From contig JBFMCF010000054.1 of the NCBI GenBank assembly GCA_040754625.1, forward strand, positions 548-64,547: a stretch of DNA of 64,000 nucleotides, written 5' to 3'. Of this stretch, positions 9,701 to 19,231 are shown one piece after another. This DNA comes from a bacterium. GTDB lineage: Bacteria > JACRDZ01 > JAQUKH01. The position numbers and the translations under genes were made by a program. Below the pieces are notes generated by a model that saw nothing but the letters and a program-made list of their open reading frames with translations, did no database searches and was not told the DNA's origin. Every line of letters begins with the position of its first letter. Position 1 is the first letter of the stretch.

Positions 9701-12196
9701 TTCCCTGTCCCATACAATCTTGCTTACCCAATAAGTGTTGCCGGACTCATTTCTTTTTCTTATATATCTATGATTTTCTCTCAGGACATCAACTTTTAAT
9801 CCGGCTTTTTTGATTCTTTTGCCCTTCCCGTCAATAAGAATCGTTTTTAATATTTGTCCGTCTTTAGATTTTATTCTGCCCGGGTGTTCACTTATGCCGA
9901 TAAGGTATTCCGGGCTTATCTGGTAGACAGATGTATTTGTGGAAACCTTGGCGTCAAAATCCAAGACCGCGGCGTTTATTTCAACGCCTGCCATCCCGGA
10001 CAACACTTCTTTCGATAAAGGTATTTTTAATGTAATCTCGCCTTTTTCATTTAAAATAGATTCCCCGGTCTCAAGGAGTTCATCGTTTATTCCCGTATAC
10101 CCGAAAGTAAAATCCGGATAATCGTCCCTGTTAAAATTTGTTTTCACCAAATTAACTTTCCATCTTACCTGCCCGTTTTTCACCGGCCCGCCCGCGTAAT
10201 ATTTACCCATAATCACGCATTCGAGATATTCCTGCGTCTTTTCCATATTTACAAACCGCTTGTCTTTTTCGCTCTTTTTCACATAAGAAACATCAACAAA
10301 ATGCCTCGGGGGTTTAAATTCCTGCACTTCAAAAGTCCTCACGGCAACAAGAGTTTTATCCTGGGAATACAGGTTTATCGTATATGTGCCAAGCGGGAAA
10401 AAAGATTTTAAAAAGATTTCGTCCTTTAATGTTCCAAATTCATTAATATCAAAATCCCTGCTGAATATTTCTTCTCCTTTTGAACTCAAAATCTGCACCC
10501 TGAACTTCGCCTCCCCTGGAACAAACACCTCTCCTTCCTTGTATTCACGGATTGTCCCTTTAAAATACACGGTTTCCCCGGGCTGGTACATCCCTCTTTC
10601 CGTGAAAACATGTCCCTTGTAAAATTTCTTGTTTCCCAGATCCGTAAACCTGCGGTGGTCAAACCCCTCAATTTTTAAATTTTTATTACGGTCAATCTGA
10701 AGATAGGAATAATCATCCCCGCCTTTAACTAATATCATGTCCAATTCTTTTAAATTTAACGGCGCGTTTTCTGATTTTTGGGAGTTTAAAGAAAAAGTCC
10801 TGTACAGCTTATTATCATTTTTAATAAAAACCACGCCGTCTTTATCCGTCCTGCCGGCCGCGAAAATGTTCAATTGTTTAGTCGCCAATAAAACTGAAAT
10901 GTCTTTTAGCGGTTTTCCCGTTCTTAACGAAGTAATCCAGACTAATAATGAATTATCCGATTCTTTATATGTAATCCCGATATCGCTTATGCTAAGAAGA
11001 TTTAATTGTGTCTGGGCAGGCAGAGTCTTATTGTTATTATTTAATCTCACTAATTCAACACTGCCCTTTTCCTTCCCATCCCTGAATTCCAGCGGGATTG
11101 AAAAATCATGTTCAACATTTCTCGGCTTGTTGTTGAAAAATAATTTTGAAGTATATTTTGTTTCATCAAGAAAATCAGCAAATATCTTATCCTCATCACT
11201 TTTCAGGGATGATTTTATTCCGGCTGACTGCTTATCTAAATTCGCCGACAATTTCTCATATTTAAGCTGGTCCTTTAAATTGATTACCGTTGGTATCAAT
11301 ATAGGCGGTATTTTTAATCCTTCATATAATATTTCATTCACATTCATTATTTTTACATTCAACATCTGCCGGCTGTCCCTTTCAATTATACTCCCGGCAT
11401 CGGAATACTTTATTGAAGGCAGGTAATCAGGGATAATAAATGAATTTGTCCCCTCAACATATTTCCTCCCGTCAGTGCTTTTAAAATTTTCACCCACCAG
11501 GACCTTGTAATTCTGCCCCTGTATAAAATCACCGTGGACATCCACGGAATTATTACTATCTATATTCGTGTGGGCTATCATAGTGTGAGGAAAAAACTTT
11601 ATAGAATTTCTAATAAAATTCGCCATCTCGTTATTATAGCGATACCTGTTGTATCCGGGGATGTTCGCGAAAGGGGCAGAAAAATTTATACTTATCCAGT
11701 GCCTTTTTCCTTCACTAAAGGTTTCTATTTTTGAAATAGTAAAAATGTCCTTAACCTGGAAGTTTACAGCAAAATCCTTTTTTAGTTGAAAGTTGTTGCC
11801 TGCATCCCTTAATCCTTCTTTTACAGTTATTTTATAACTGCCTTCGTGGCGGTCTCCAACCGGAAGGATTACAATATTTTTTCTGGGGCTATTGTCGTTT
11901 TCAATAAATTCAAATCCCTGCCTGTATTTTAATGGAATACCGTCGACCTCTATTTTAATAAATTCGGCGGCCTCCGGTGCAGTAACCGCTTCGCTGAAAT
12001 CCAGATGCAATTTCCAATTAAGCGCCTGGATTTCACTGGAAGACTCAAATTTGCCTGAAACAAATAATTCTTTTTCAGGCGCTTTGTTCAACAGATCCAA
12101 AACACCCGCATTAATTATTTCAGCATTAATCGATACTAACAACAGTGTCACGATAGTTAATAATACATTTTTACTTTTTATACTATCTCCTTTCAA
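6764..12196 (-). CDS. bacterial alpha-2-macroglobulin family protein (YfhM-like)
   Basis: 1810 aa with a signal peptide. The thioester motif ...YPYGCIEQTSSG... is present. The size and PBP1C adjacency are typical. Confidence 0.85.
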   Translation of the reverse strand: MKGDSIKSKNVLLTIVTLLLVSINAEIINAGVLDLLNKAPEKELFVSGKFESSSEIQALNWKLHLDFSEAVTAPEAAEFIKIEVDGIPLKYRQGFEFIENDNSPRKNIVILPVGDRHEGSYKITVKEGLRDAGNNFQLKKDFAVNFQVKDIFTISKIETFSEGKRHWISINFSAPFANIPGYNRYRYNNEMANFIRNSIKFFPHTMIAHTNIDSNNSVDVHGDFIQGQNYKVLVGENFKSTDGRKYVEGTNSFIIPDYLPSIKYSDAGSIIERDSRQMLNVKIMNVNEILYEGLKIPPILIPTVINLKDQLKYEKLSANLDKQSAGIKSSLKSDEDKIFADFLDETKYTSKLFFNNKPRNVEHDFSIPLEFRDGKEKGSVELVRLNNNNKTLPAQTQLNLLSISDIGITYKESDNSLLVWITSLRTGKPLKDISVLLATKQLNIFAAGRTDKDGVVFIKNDNKLYRTFSLNSQKSENAPLNLKELDMILVKGGDDYSYLQIDRNKNLKIEGFDHRRFTDLGNKKFYKGHVFTERGMYQPGETVYFKGTIREYKEGEVFVPGEAKFRVQILSSKGEEIFSRDFDINEFGTLKDEIFLKSFFPLGTYTINLYSQDKTLVAVRTFEVQEFKPPRHFVDVSYVKKSEKDKRFVNMEKTQEYLECVIMGKYYAGGPVKNGQVRWKVNLVKTNFNRDDYPDFTFGYTGINDELLETGESILNEKGEITLKIPLSKEVLSGMAGVEINAAVLDFDAKVSTNTSVYQISPEYLIGISEHPGRIKSKDGQILKTILIDGKGKRIKKAGLKVDVLRENHRYIRKRNESGNTYWVSKIVWDREYSSFINIADGEAIFDFDFNWGGKYLLSFSYENDGKIYTSSTIYEVEGYYYYDYSEEETSRNAVYEKVNLIPEKKYYTENEDIKIMVNSKKKLSTYLMTVERGDILDYKLVQVSPGSPEIKVPVKEDYYPNVYISLTGMVPRGDFPNYSYQYDEEMPSVAFGYVNVEVKKQYNKIKVAINEKDRELKALPGSEVELNIKVLDEKNKGFVSELAVGVVDESVLALTRYGTPRLNDLIRFVYPLSVFTYDFTPFLLGQTPFSELSNLPLTGGGGGDEGIEVSTPIMRKDFRPVAYFNPAVLTDENGNASIRFKCPDTITSYRVYVVACDKGSRFESVERKLLVTRDFYLEPGLPRFLTKGDTFLFLLSAFNKTEGSGTVNIDLRPDGNLALSAADEKSNYPLNSYDRSLIPVKGKAEKAGFSTVTFSGSFDGKSDAVEVKVPVNSGYIRGKDVLFGNFSGSKEIIYTFPEGTESIKWRDLNEDEIKCVLTVSGSPFFKLSPGLKYLLRYPYGCIEQTSSGVFPLAALRNLILQGLVPDISAEETDKFLKAGVERILSMQTDSGGFGYWPGDRRPSPWGSIYAVNALTRARLGGFDVPSSLFDKSLNYLRSEINGTNSDSSFKILASYLLALNGRLDKNTFETVSKDKEREPKENRIILIAAAGASSFVPKETLQNELLDVLNSPAGYSEYYGHYYSRHIGRALALIACVNIVSDNEIKNYLALELIGNIDKQGIWRTTTDTGWALAALGEYFKGLNFASGLVNFGVKNPQGKEWKFQFDPLKNYSLELDPRDFMDNPSFTLFSDSRESLMYKVEINFPRVDYGEKGYSNGFRISKDIESTSGKNKIRVGDIVKVKIKIEAGGHYQYIAIDDPFPAGFVAINSAIKTEEPVPAGSNYNKEEYYWYYWNPGGFYNFVPNYFEIRNDRVLVFKNDIWQGPYEYSYYARAVCAGEFIVPSSKVELMYSPEIVAYTPLDKIIIEGK

Positions 12197-12232
12197 AAGG
12201 AATAATATTAATAAAATTGTATTATAACACTA

Positions 12233-12742
12233 TTAATATAAATCATTAATTTTTTTTATTAACTGTGTGATTATTTTGCCTGTAGCAAAATCCGATGTGT
12301 CGATAGTTAAATCAGCCTGTTTGTAACAGGGCGCGCGTTTTTTCAAGATGGACTTTATTTCCTTAAGCGGTTCAGGCTTGTTTAAGAGCGGGCGGGTTCC
12401 TTTCTGTTGTTTTATTCTTTCTAAAATAATTTCGGGGCTTGTTTTTAGACATATTATAATCCCTTTTTTCTTAAGACGCTCCATATTTTCGGGTAAAAGG
12501 ACAGCACCCCCTCCTGTTGAAATAACAATGTTGTTTTTCTTTGAAGCTTTTTTAATAATATTTTTTTCAACATTTCGAAAATATTCTTCGCCTTTTTCTT
12601 TAAATATTTTTGAAATCCTTTTCCCTTCGTTCTTTTCAATTAAAAAATCAGTATCAATAAATTCCATGTTTAATTTTTTGGCCAAAATTTTCCCCAGTAT
12701 AGTTTTCCCCGTAGCCATAAAACCGATTAAAACAATATTCAT
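12233..12742 (-). CDS. aroK: shikimate kinase
   Basis: 169 aa. P-loop ...IVLIGFMATGKTILGKILAKKL... Lies downstream of the pilQ region, as in many proteobacterial pilMNOPQ-aroK arrangements. Confidence 0.85.
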   Translation of the reverse strand: MNIVLIGFMATGKTILGKILAKKLNMEFIDTDFLIEKNEGKRISKIFKEKGEEYFRNVEKNIIKKASKKNNIVISTGGGAVLLPENMERLKKKGIIICLKTSPEIILERIKQQKGTRPLLNKPEPLKEIKSILKKRAPCYKQADLTIDTSDFATGKIITQLIKKINDLY

Positions 12743-12755
12743 TACGTTTTTAACC

Positions 12756-14630
12756 TCATTTTTCCTTTTTGAATTTTTCTAAAAACATTTCATCTTCTTT
12801 TGACCAGTTAACTAATTCCCTTTCGTAATCGGTCACTCCCAGATCTTTTATTTTCTCAATCCTTTCTATTTCCGCTAAATTATCCTTAAATTTTCCGGGA
12901 TCATTTGCCTTCAAGTAAATATATGCCAGGTAAATCCTCGCCCCTAAAAAATTCGGTTCCAGTTCTACGCTTTTTAAAAAATATCTCTCGGCTTCGTTTA
13001 ATTTTAAACTGGAAAGATAGAATTTGGCAAGATAAAACGGATAAAAAGCGTTATGCGGGTCATATACAAAACATTTTTCCATGACAGCCGACGCCAGATA
13101 TAAATTAATTTCTCCCTGCATATTATTGTAATAAAAAGAGGCCAGTTTGGAATAAAAAACCGCGTTGTCTTTCTCAAAATATATAGCATGATGATAGAAT
13201 TTCTCAGCCTCTTTTAATTTTTCTTTTTTTGGCTTATCATTATCCAAAAGCAAAGCTTCCGCAAGGTAGGAATAGACGGGAGCGATACCGGGTGTCCATT
13301 TAACTGCCTTTTTAAAATGCCTGACAGCTGAATTTACATCTTTTCTGTTAAGATAAAAAAATCCGGCCTTTGTTTCAAAATATGAAAAAACCGGGGTGGA
13401 AACAAAAAATATAAAAATTACGACCGTTATAAAAGACAAATACGATAGATATGAACTTGGCAGGACTATTTCCGCTTTCTTTTTGCAGGTCAGGCTCTCA
13501 TGCGCCGCCAATAAAAAAACAAACAGGACGGCAATTCCAGGGTGGTGAAAATTGTAATCAAAGAAACCTTGTAATATAATCAAACCGGCCGCCGTATAAA
13601 TGTTAAATATAAAATTATTATTTTTTTCTTTTATTAAAAAAATAAATTTTACCAAAAATACAAATCCGGTAATAATCCCGGTAAATCCAAGTTCCGCGCC
13701 AAGCTCGAGAAATTCATTATGGGCGTATTGGGCAAACCTTCCATACTGGCTCACGGCCCCCTCGACGGGCAGGCGGAACAACAGGTAGCTGTTTTTATAA
13801 TTGCCGAGGCCGACTCCGTCCCAAAAGTTTTCTTTTATCATCCGGACACTGCTTTTCCATATTGAGATCCGGTAATATGAAAGAACATCCCTGTTCCCGG
13901 TGTCCAAAAACCTTTTCATATTTGGTGTGAAAAATACCGCTATAAGAAAAATCCCGGCTATAATAAAAAACCATTTCGAAAAACCAAACTTTTCATGAAT
14001 CCAGATCAACATGACAAAAAAAAGCAGGAGCAAACCTGTCCGGGACTGTGAATATATTAAACTAAAAATAATAAAGGCTGATAAAAGTAAATAATAAAAT
14101 ACCCTGATATTTTTTTTATCTCTTGCTCCTTTTGAGATTTTACCGGGTATAAATACCAGCAAAGGCACAAGAAAACCCATAAGGAAATTGGGGCTTGCAA
14201 ATGTGCCGGTCAGCCGCATTTCCCCGAGATAAAATCTTTTCCCGACGGCAAATATTGATTCGGCAAGGGCAAAAAAAAGAAAAATATCGACAAGTCCATC
14301 CGCCTCATTATCGGTTTCTATAAAAATCACAAGAAGGTAATAAAGAACAATTATACTGATTATTTTAATCCACTCTTCGCGCGCGAAAAATGAATTAAAA
14401 TTTCCCAAATAATTTAATGTCGAAAAGACAAAAAGAAAAAAGACAGGCAGATCAAAGTTTGTTCTTTTAAAAATCACTTTTTTTTGGTAAAAAGAACATA
14501 AAAGGAAAATACCAAGAAGCAGAAATATCAGGATTTCAAGAGATTTAATGGAAACAATGCCCGCGCTTGAACTGAAAAATACAGAAAGAAAAAAAAGAAT
14601 AATAAATAAGGTATGGTTAAACCGCCTCAC
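12756..14630 (-). CDS. polytopic membrane protein with O-antigen-ligase/Wzy_C-like domain and C-terminal TPR repeats
   Basis: 624 aa with many TM segments followed by about 200 aa of TPR-like repeats. Overlaps the aroC stop by 4 nt, so it is in the operon. Confidence 0.6.
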   Translation of the reverse strand: MRRFNHTLFIILFFLSVFFSSSAGIVSIKSLEILIFLLLGIFLLCSFYQKKVIFKRTNFDLPVFFLFVFSTLNYLGNFNSFFAREEWIKIISIIVLYYLLVIFIETDNEADGLVDIFLFFALAESIFAVGKRFYLGEMRLTGTFASPNFLMGFLVPLLVFIPGKISKGARDKKNIRVFYYLLLSAFIIFSLIYSQSRTGLLLLFFVMLIWIHEKFGFSKWFFIIAGIFLIAVFFTPNMKRFLDTGNRDVLSYYRISIWKSSVRMIKENFWDGVGLGNYKNSYLLFRLPVEGAVSQYGRFAQYAHNEFLELGAELGFTGIITGFVFLVKFIFLIKEKNNNFIFNIYTAAGLIILQGFFDYNFHHPGIAVLFVFLLAAHESLTCKKKAEIVLPSSYLSYLSFITVVIFIFFVSTPVFSYFETKAGFFYLNRKDVNSAVRHFKKAVKWTPGIAPVYSYLAEALLLDNDKPKKEKLKEAEKFYHHAIYFEKDNAVFYSKLASFYYNNMQGEINLYLASAVMEKCFVYDPHNAFYPFYLAKFYLSSLKLNEAERYFLKSVELEPNFLGARIYLAYIYLKANDPGKFKDNLAEIERIEKIKDLGVTDYERELVNWSKEDEMFLEKFKKEK

Positions 14631-15733
14631 GACCTTTTCACATAATTCTTATAATAAGAAAAACCTGCTTTTATTTCATCCATCGAATCCCCTCCAAATT
14701 TTTCCAGAAAGGTGTCAGCTATAATCATGGCAATCATTGCCTCTCCTATGACCGATGCCGCATATACCGCGCACACATCGGACCTTTCATAGCCTGCTTC
14801 CACCATTTTTTTCGTGGACATGTCAACTGAAGAAAGCGGTGTTTTTAACGTGGGTATCGGTTTCATTGAGGCCCTGATAATTATTGGTTCACCATTAGTC
14901 ATTCCGCCTTCCAACCCTCCCGCGTTATTTGTTTTTCTGTAATATTCACCCCTGCCCGCCCTGCCCCTGTAAAAAATCTCATCATGCACATCTGAACCAA
15001 GCCTCCTGCCGGCTTCAAATCCCAAACCTATCTCCACCCCTTTTATAGCGGGAATGCTCATTAGTGCCTGGGCCAATTTCCCGTCCAATCTCCTGTCCCA
15101 GTGGACATAACTTCCTAAACCGACCGGTGCGTTAAGGACCTGGATTTCAAAAATCCCGCCCAAACTATTGCCTTCTTTTACAGCTTTGTCAATTTTTGAT
15201 TTTATTTTTTTCTCAGAATTCAAGGCTTGAGATTTTATTCCGCCGATTTCTACCACATCCGATTTTATTTCAATGCCGAATTCTCTAAGAAAAAGTTTAC
15301 AAACCGCGCCGGCCGCCACCCGCATCGTTGTTTCTCTTGCGCTTGAACGTTCAAGAACATTACGGATATCATCATGATGGTATTTAATGGCCCCTGCGAA
15401 ATCAGCATGCCCCGGGCGGGGTCTTGTGATTTTTTTATAAGCCACGGGATGGTCCATTGACACAGACATAATCTCTTCCCAGTTCTGCCAGTCCAGATTA
15501 GGGACGACAAGGACAACGGGATTTCCCAATGTTCTTCCAAAACGGACACCGGCGGTTATGTCAACTTTGTCTTTTTCTATTCTCATCCGCGGACCGCGGC
15601 CGTAGCCTGCCTGCCGCCGGGACAATTCTCCGTTAATAAAATCAACGTCTATTTTTAAACCAGCCGGCAATCCCTCTATTACAGCGGTCAAATTCCTGCC
15701 GTGTGATTCACCCGCAGTTAAAAATCTAATCAT
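14627..15733 (-). CDS. aroC: chorismate synthase
   Basis: 368 aa. MIRFLTAGESHGRNLTAVIEGLPAGL... is the canonical AroC N-terminus. Confidence 0.9.
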   Translation of the reverse strand: MIRFLTAGESHGRNLTAVIEGLPAGLKIDVDFINGELSRRQAGYGRGPRMRIEKDKVDITAGVRFGRTLGNPVVLVVPNLDWQNWEEIMSVSMDHPVAYKKITRPRPGHADFAGAIKYHHDDIRNVLERSSARETTMRVAAGAVCKLFLREFGIEIKSDVVEIGGIKSQALNSEKKIKSKIDKAVKEGNSLGGIFEIQVLNAPVGLGSYVHWDRRLDGKLAQALMSIPAIKGVEIGLGFEAGRRLGSDVHDEIFYRGRAGRGEYYRKTNNAGGLEGGMTNGEPIIIRASMKPIPTLKTPLSSVDMSTKKMVEAGYERSDVCAVYAASVIGEAMIAMIIADTFLEKFGGDSMDEIKAGFSYYKNYVKRS

Positions 15734-15741
15734 ACATATCC

Positions 15742-17550
15742 TTATTTTCTTTTGCCTCTTGTTTTGCTTTCCTTTTCCATTTTTTCTTTTTCCAATTCTT
15801 CCGGGCTTTTTTCTAAATCGATGGATTCCATTCTTTTTAATCCAAGAAAAGCGTCTTGTTTCATCTCTTCGTCCGTAATTATATGAGGCGTGACAAAAAT
15901 AAGAAGTTCATTGTTGCTGTTCGAATCGGCCTTATTTTTAAAGAAAAACCCTACAAACGGTATATTGCTCAAAAACGGGACTTTGTTTTCCGTTTGTGAA
16001 ATATCTTTTCTTATCAACCCGCCAATAACGGCTGTTTGTGAATCTTTAACCATCACCATGGTCTGCGCTTCAGTAGTATTTATTTCAATTTCGCCCTTTG
16101 ACACAGGCTGAGGTTCAATAAAACTTACCTCCGGTTTTATCTGCATCGAGATATGATTATCCGCTGTAATATGCGGTTTCACTTCTAATTTTATTCCTAC
16201 AGGGATCAGTCTTGTCACCGGGCGGCCGTCTTCATCAAGCAGTCTGATAGGCACTTTTTTACCGATAGTAATAACAGCGTTTTCATTATCCAATGTACAA
16301 ACCTTAGGACTTGCCAGTAATTCTGTTGTCCCCCGGTCAAGCATGGCGTGAAGCGCGGCGTTAAGTGAAAAATTATCAATTACCGTTCCAACTGTAATAT
16401 TGCTTGTCCCGGACAACGCGGGAAGCATTCCGACATCAATACTGGCCCTGCCGCCCGGATTAACGGTTTTTATTCCACCGCTTGAGCCGTCAGGAACACC
16501 CCAATTTATTCCAAGCCTCTTTGTATCATCGCTCTTTATTTGAATCAGTTTGCTTTCGATAATAACCTGCGGGGTCCTTTTATCAAGGACCGCAACCATA
16601 TCTTCAATCTTCTTGATATTTTCCTGTATATCGCTGATAACCATTGAATTTGTTCTTTTATCCGTCATTATGTTCCCGCGTTCACTAAGAAGTTTTTGAA
16701 GTGTATTTTTCATCTCTTCAACAGACGCGTAACTGACAAAGATGGTTTTAGTGTTTAAAGGTATCATTGGTTTTGCGGCCTCTTCAGCCTTGAGTTTGGC
16801 AAGTTCTTCTTCAACACGCGCTTTCTGGTCGGCCTTTATTTTGGCAACTGATGCCACCCGTATAATATTCCCCGTCTTTTCATATGTAAAACCGTTTATT
16901 TCAAGAATCGTTTTTAAAGCCTGTTCCCATGGGACCTTTGAGAGACGCAGCGTGACCTTTCCCTGCACTTCGCTGCCCGCAACAATATTAAGCCCGCTTT
17001 TATATGAAAACATTCTCAAAACATTATTAATATCGACATCACGAAAGTCCATCGATATCAGGCCCTGGTCTTCTGTTCCCGATTCATCATTTGTTTTTTG
17101 CGCCAGGGGTTCTTCTTTGTCCTGCGGGACATTATCCGATAAAATATCAGATTCGCCTTTTTCCAGAATAATGGCAAAACCTGTATCATTTTTTTCAATT
17201 TTATAAGGAAACATCGCCTGCAATTCAAAAACCAGCCTGACTATTTTTACGGGAGCTGCCTGGTATTGGCTTGATCTGATAATTTTGATAAAAGGATTAT
17301 TGATATACTGGTTGGCATTTTTTAAATTAGAAACAGAATCTAAAATATCAAATATAAGAAATTTTTTATCTTTCAATTCCAATAATTTATAATCAGCTCC
17401 CCTGTCCAATTTTATATCAACCTTGCAGGAATTGCTGAAGGTTGCGATATCTATGCTATTGACCTGGATATCCTTCTCTTCAGCCCGGTTATTTCCAAAA
17501 TAAATCAAAAGAAAAAACAGTAAAAAATAAAGAAATATATTTTTTTTCAC
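15742..17550 (-). CDS. pilQ: type IV pilus secretin
   Basis: 602 aa. Signal peptide, AMIN-like N-domain and a C-terminal secretin domain (...VPFLSNIPFVGFFFKNK...). Confidence 0.85.
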   Translation of the reverse strand: MKKNIFLYFLLFFLLIYFGNNRAEEKDIQVNSIDIATFSNSCKVDIKLDRGADYKLLELKDKKFLIFDILDSVSNLKNANQYINNPFIKIIRSSQYQAAPVKIVRLVFELQAMFPYKIEKNDTGFAIILEKGESDILSDNVPQDKEEPLAQKTNDESGTEDQGLISMDFRDVDINNVLRMFSYKSGLNIVAGSEVQGKVTLRLSKVPWEQALKTILEINGFTYEKTGNIIRVASVAKIKADQKARVEEELAKLKAEEAAKPMIPLNTKTIFVSYASVEEMKNTLQKLLSERGNIMTDKRTNSMVISDIQENIKKIEDMVAVLDKRTPQVIIESKLIQIKSDDTKRLGINWGVPDGSSGGIKTVNPGGRASIDVGMLPALSGTSNITVGTVIDNFSLNAALHAMLDRGTTELLASPKVCTLDNENAVITIGKKVPIRLLDEDGRPVTRLIPVGIKLEVKPHITADNHISMQIKPEVSFIEPQPVSKGEIEINTTEAQTMVMVKDSQTAVIGGLIRKDISQTENKVPFLSNIPFVGFFFKNKADSNSNNELLIFVTPHIITDEEMKQDAFLGLKRMESIDLEKSPEELEKEKMEKESKTRGKRK

Positions 17551-17578
17551 TTATCTTCCCCCCTCTCAAATTAATGGG

Positions 17579-18154
17579 TTATTTTTCCGCTTTCATTTCG
17601 ATTTGCCTGTTCAATATATTATTGCCTTTCATCATCGTCAGGTTTACGGAATTTTTATCAATATCTTCTATTCTTATTTTTTTATCTTTTCCGATATAAT
17701 CATTTTTCTGGTAAATAGTATCATCTCCTCCAAAAAGCACAAGGTAGCCTTCTCCATCCCCCAGGATTGCCGCAATTTCAATTTTACCCCATTCTTCATT
17801 AAAGATATTAGCTCCCAATTCCGCCATTTTTTTCTCTTCTTCTTCCTTCCTTTTCTTTTCCTCCAATTCCGCTTTCATTTTTTCTCTTTCCAGCATAAGC
17901 GAATAAAAAGGGTCTTTTCTGTTCTCGTAAGGATATATAAAGCCCGACGGTTCTAAAAGGGAAAAATCTATTTCTTTAGTTACCATAAGCTGTTTTTCAG
18001 CAACTTTTACCGCCTCTTCACGGTGTATGTTTTTTCCAGCAATTTTACTCACTGCCTCCCTGACTTTGGAAGCTTCTTTTTTTGTGTCTACTTCCTGCTT
18101 TGCACAAGCAGCGAAAATAAAAATAATTAATAAAAAAAATAAATTTTTTCTCAT
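17579..18154 (-). CDS. pilP: PilP-like pilus assembly lipoprotein
   Basis: 191 aa. Lipobox (FAAC), a KDPFYSL motif and its position immediately upstream of pilQ. Confidence 0.5.
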   Translation of the reverse strand: MRKNLFFLLIIFIFAACAKQEVDTKKEASKVREAVSKIAGKNIHREEAVKVAEKQLMVTKEIDFSLLEPSGFIYPYENRKDPFYSLMLEREKMKAELEEKKRKEEEEKKMAELGANIFNEEWGKIEIAAILGDGEGYLVLFGGDDTIYQKNDYIGKDKKIRIEDIDKNSVNLTMMKGNNILNRQIEMKAEK

Positions 18155-18164
18155 GATATTTTAA

Positions 18165-18620
18165 TTACGGTGCCACCCAGACCTCTATCATATCTTTTTC
18201 TTCTGAATAATACAGCCAGCAAACTTTACCTTCCTTATTTGCTCCGGCTTTGGTGCGGACCAAAATTTCAAAAGGCGAATTATCGCCGGCAGTAATAGAA
18301 GGTACTTTAAATTCCTGGATCTTGGTATCATAAAATTGCCTCAGGTAATTATTCGGTTCAACTAATTCCTCCTGAAGAACATTTATCGAACTTGCATTAT
18401 CCAAATCCGACTGGTCCGGGTAATGCCCATATTCTATATAATACATATTTATACCTTTAAGAATTGTATTCAAATTATCTTTAGCGGCCGCTATCCTGGT
18501 CTTGTCTTTGGCAGTCATAAAATTCGGGACAGCTATGGACGCCAATATCCCGATAATAAATATAACAAATACGAGCTCAACCAACGTATAGCCTCTCTCT
18601 TTTTCCATAAATAACCTCAT
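18165..18620 (-). CDS. prepilin-type (pilin/pseudopilin-like) protein
   Basis: Class III signal ...MEKERG|YTLVELVFVIFIIGILASIAVPNF. The start was trimmed to the internal Met so it does not overlap the upstream gene. The ORF track gives 18165..18656. Confidence 0.55.
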   Translation of the reverse strand: MRLFMEKERGYTLVELVFVIFIIGILASIAVPNFMTAKDKTRIAAAKDNLNTILKGINMYYIEYGHYPDQSDLDNASSINVLQEELVEPNNYLRQFYDTKIQEFKVPSITAGDNSPFEILVRTKAGANKEGKVCWLYYSEEKDMIEVWVAP

Positions 18621-18636
18621 ATTAAACCCTGTTTTT

Positions 18637-19080
18637 TTATTTCCACATTGAAACAATTCCAGGCCAATCCAATATCAACGTACCTATATCAGTAGTTTTC
18701 CCTGATTCAACTATTACATTTGTCCAAAATGGAACTGCTTCAGCGGAGGTAGTATCACTTACCCACCATATTCCGTTAACTTTAAGCTTAAGGTCAAAAG
18801 TGGCCGAATTAACATAAACAACAGGAGGCCCTAAATCTTCTGTCCCAAGGTTAATATCGATCTCAAAATTGCCGTCATTGGGATTTATCGGTGCGCGAAG
18901 AGACGGGCCTTTATAGCCGGATTTCCCTTCAATAACAACCTCCGTGTCAGTATTATTGCTCCCGGGGGGGGCATAACCCGGCCGCAATATTTTCCCTTTA
19001 AGTGTTCCATTGGCCCCGTAATTACTCCCGGCACAGCCAATTAATGATACGCAGATGAATATTAAAAATATTTTTTTCAC
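18637..19080 (-). CDS. lipoprotein of unknown function in the pil operon
   Basis: 147 aa. Lipobox LIGC. Confidence 0.45.
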   Translation of the reverse strand: MKKIFLIFICVSLIGCAGSNYGANGTLKGKILRPGYAPPGSNNTDTEVVIEGKSGYKGPSLRAPINPNDGNFEIDINLGTEDLGPPVVYVNSATFDLKLKVNGIWWVSDTTSAEAVPFWTNVIVESGKTTDIGTLILDWPGIVSMWK

Positions 19081-19117
19081 CCCGCCCTTCCTTTCTTATC
19101 ATAACTCTTTAGTTTTA

Positions 19118-19175
19118 ACAAAAAACTAATTAGTTTCTCCCGCTCTTCTTTAACAATTCTTAGGAAGAGCGGGGT
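19118..19175 (-). terminator. hairpin (CCCGCTCTTC...GAAGAGCGGG) plus distal T-run after pilO; member of a repeated hairpin family (second copy at 43305..43339)
   Basis: 10-bp perfect stem read directly. A second copy with compensatory changes lies after hemH. Confidence 0.35.
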
Positions 19176-19231
19176 TCATGTTTTACTCCCTGCCCGCCTA
19201 TGGTGGGCCTGTCCGCCTAAGAGGACTTACG

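Noticed and set aside
10737-11426. 229-aa plus-strand ORF
   Set aside because: Antisense within the alpha-2-macroglobulin gene. No RBS or homology.
19195-19225. GTCCGCC motif resembling the pilB-downstream hairpin
   Set aside because: Only a 4-bp potential stem. A weak similarity that is probably coincidental.
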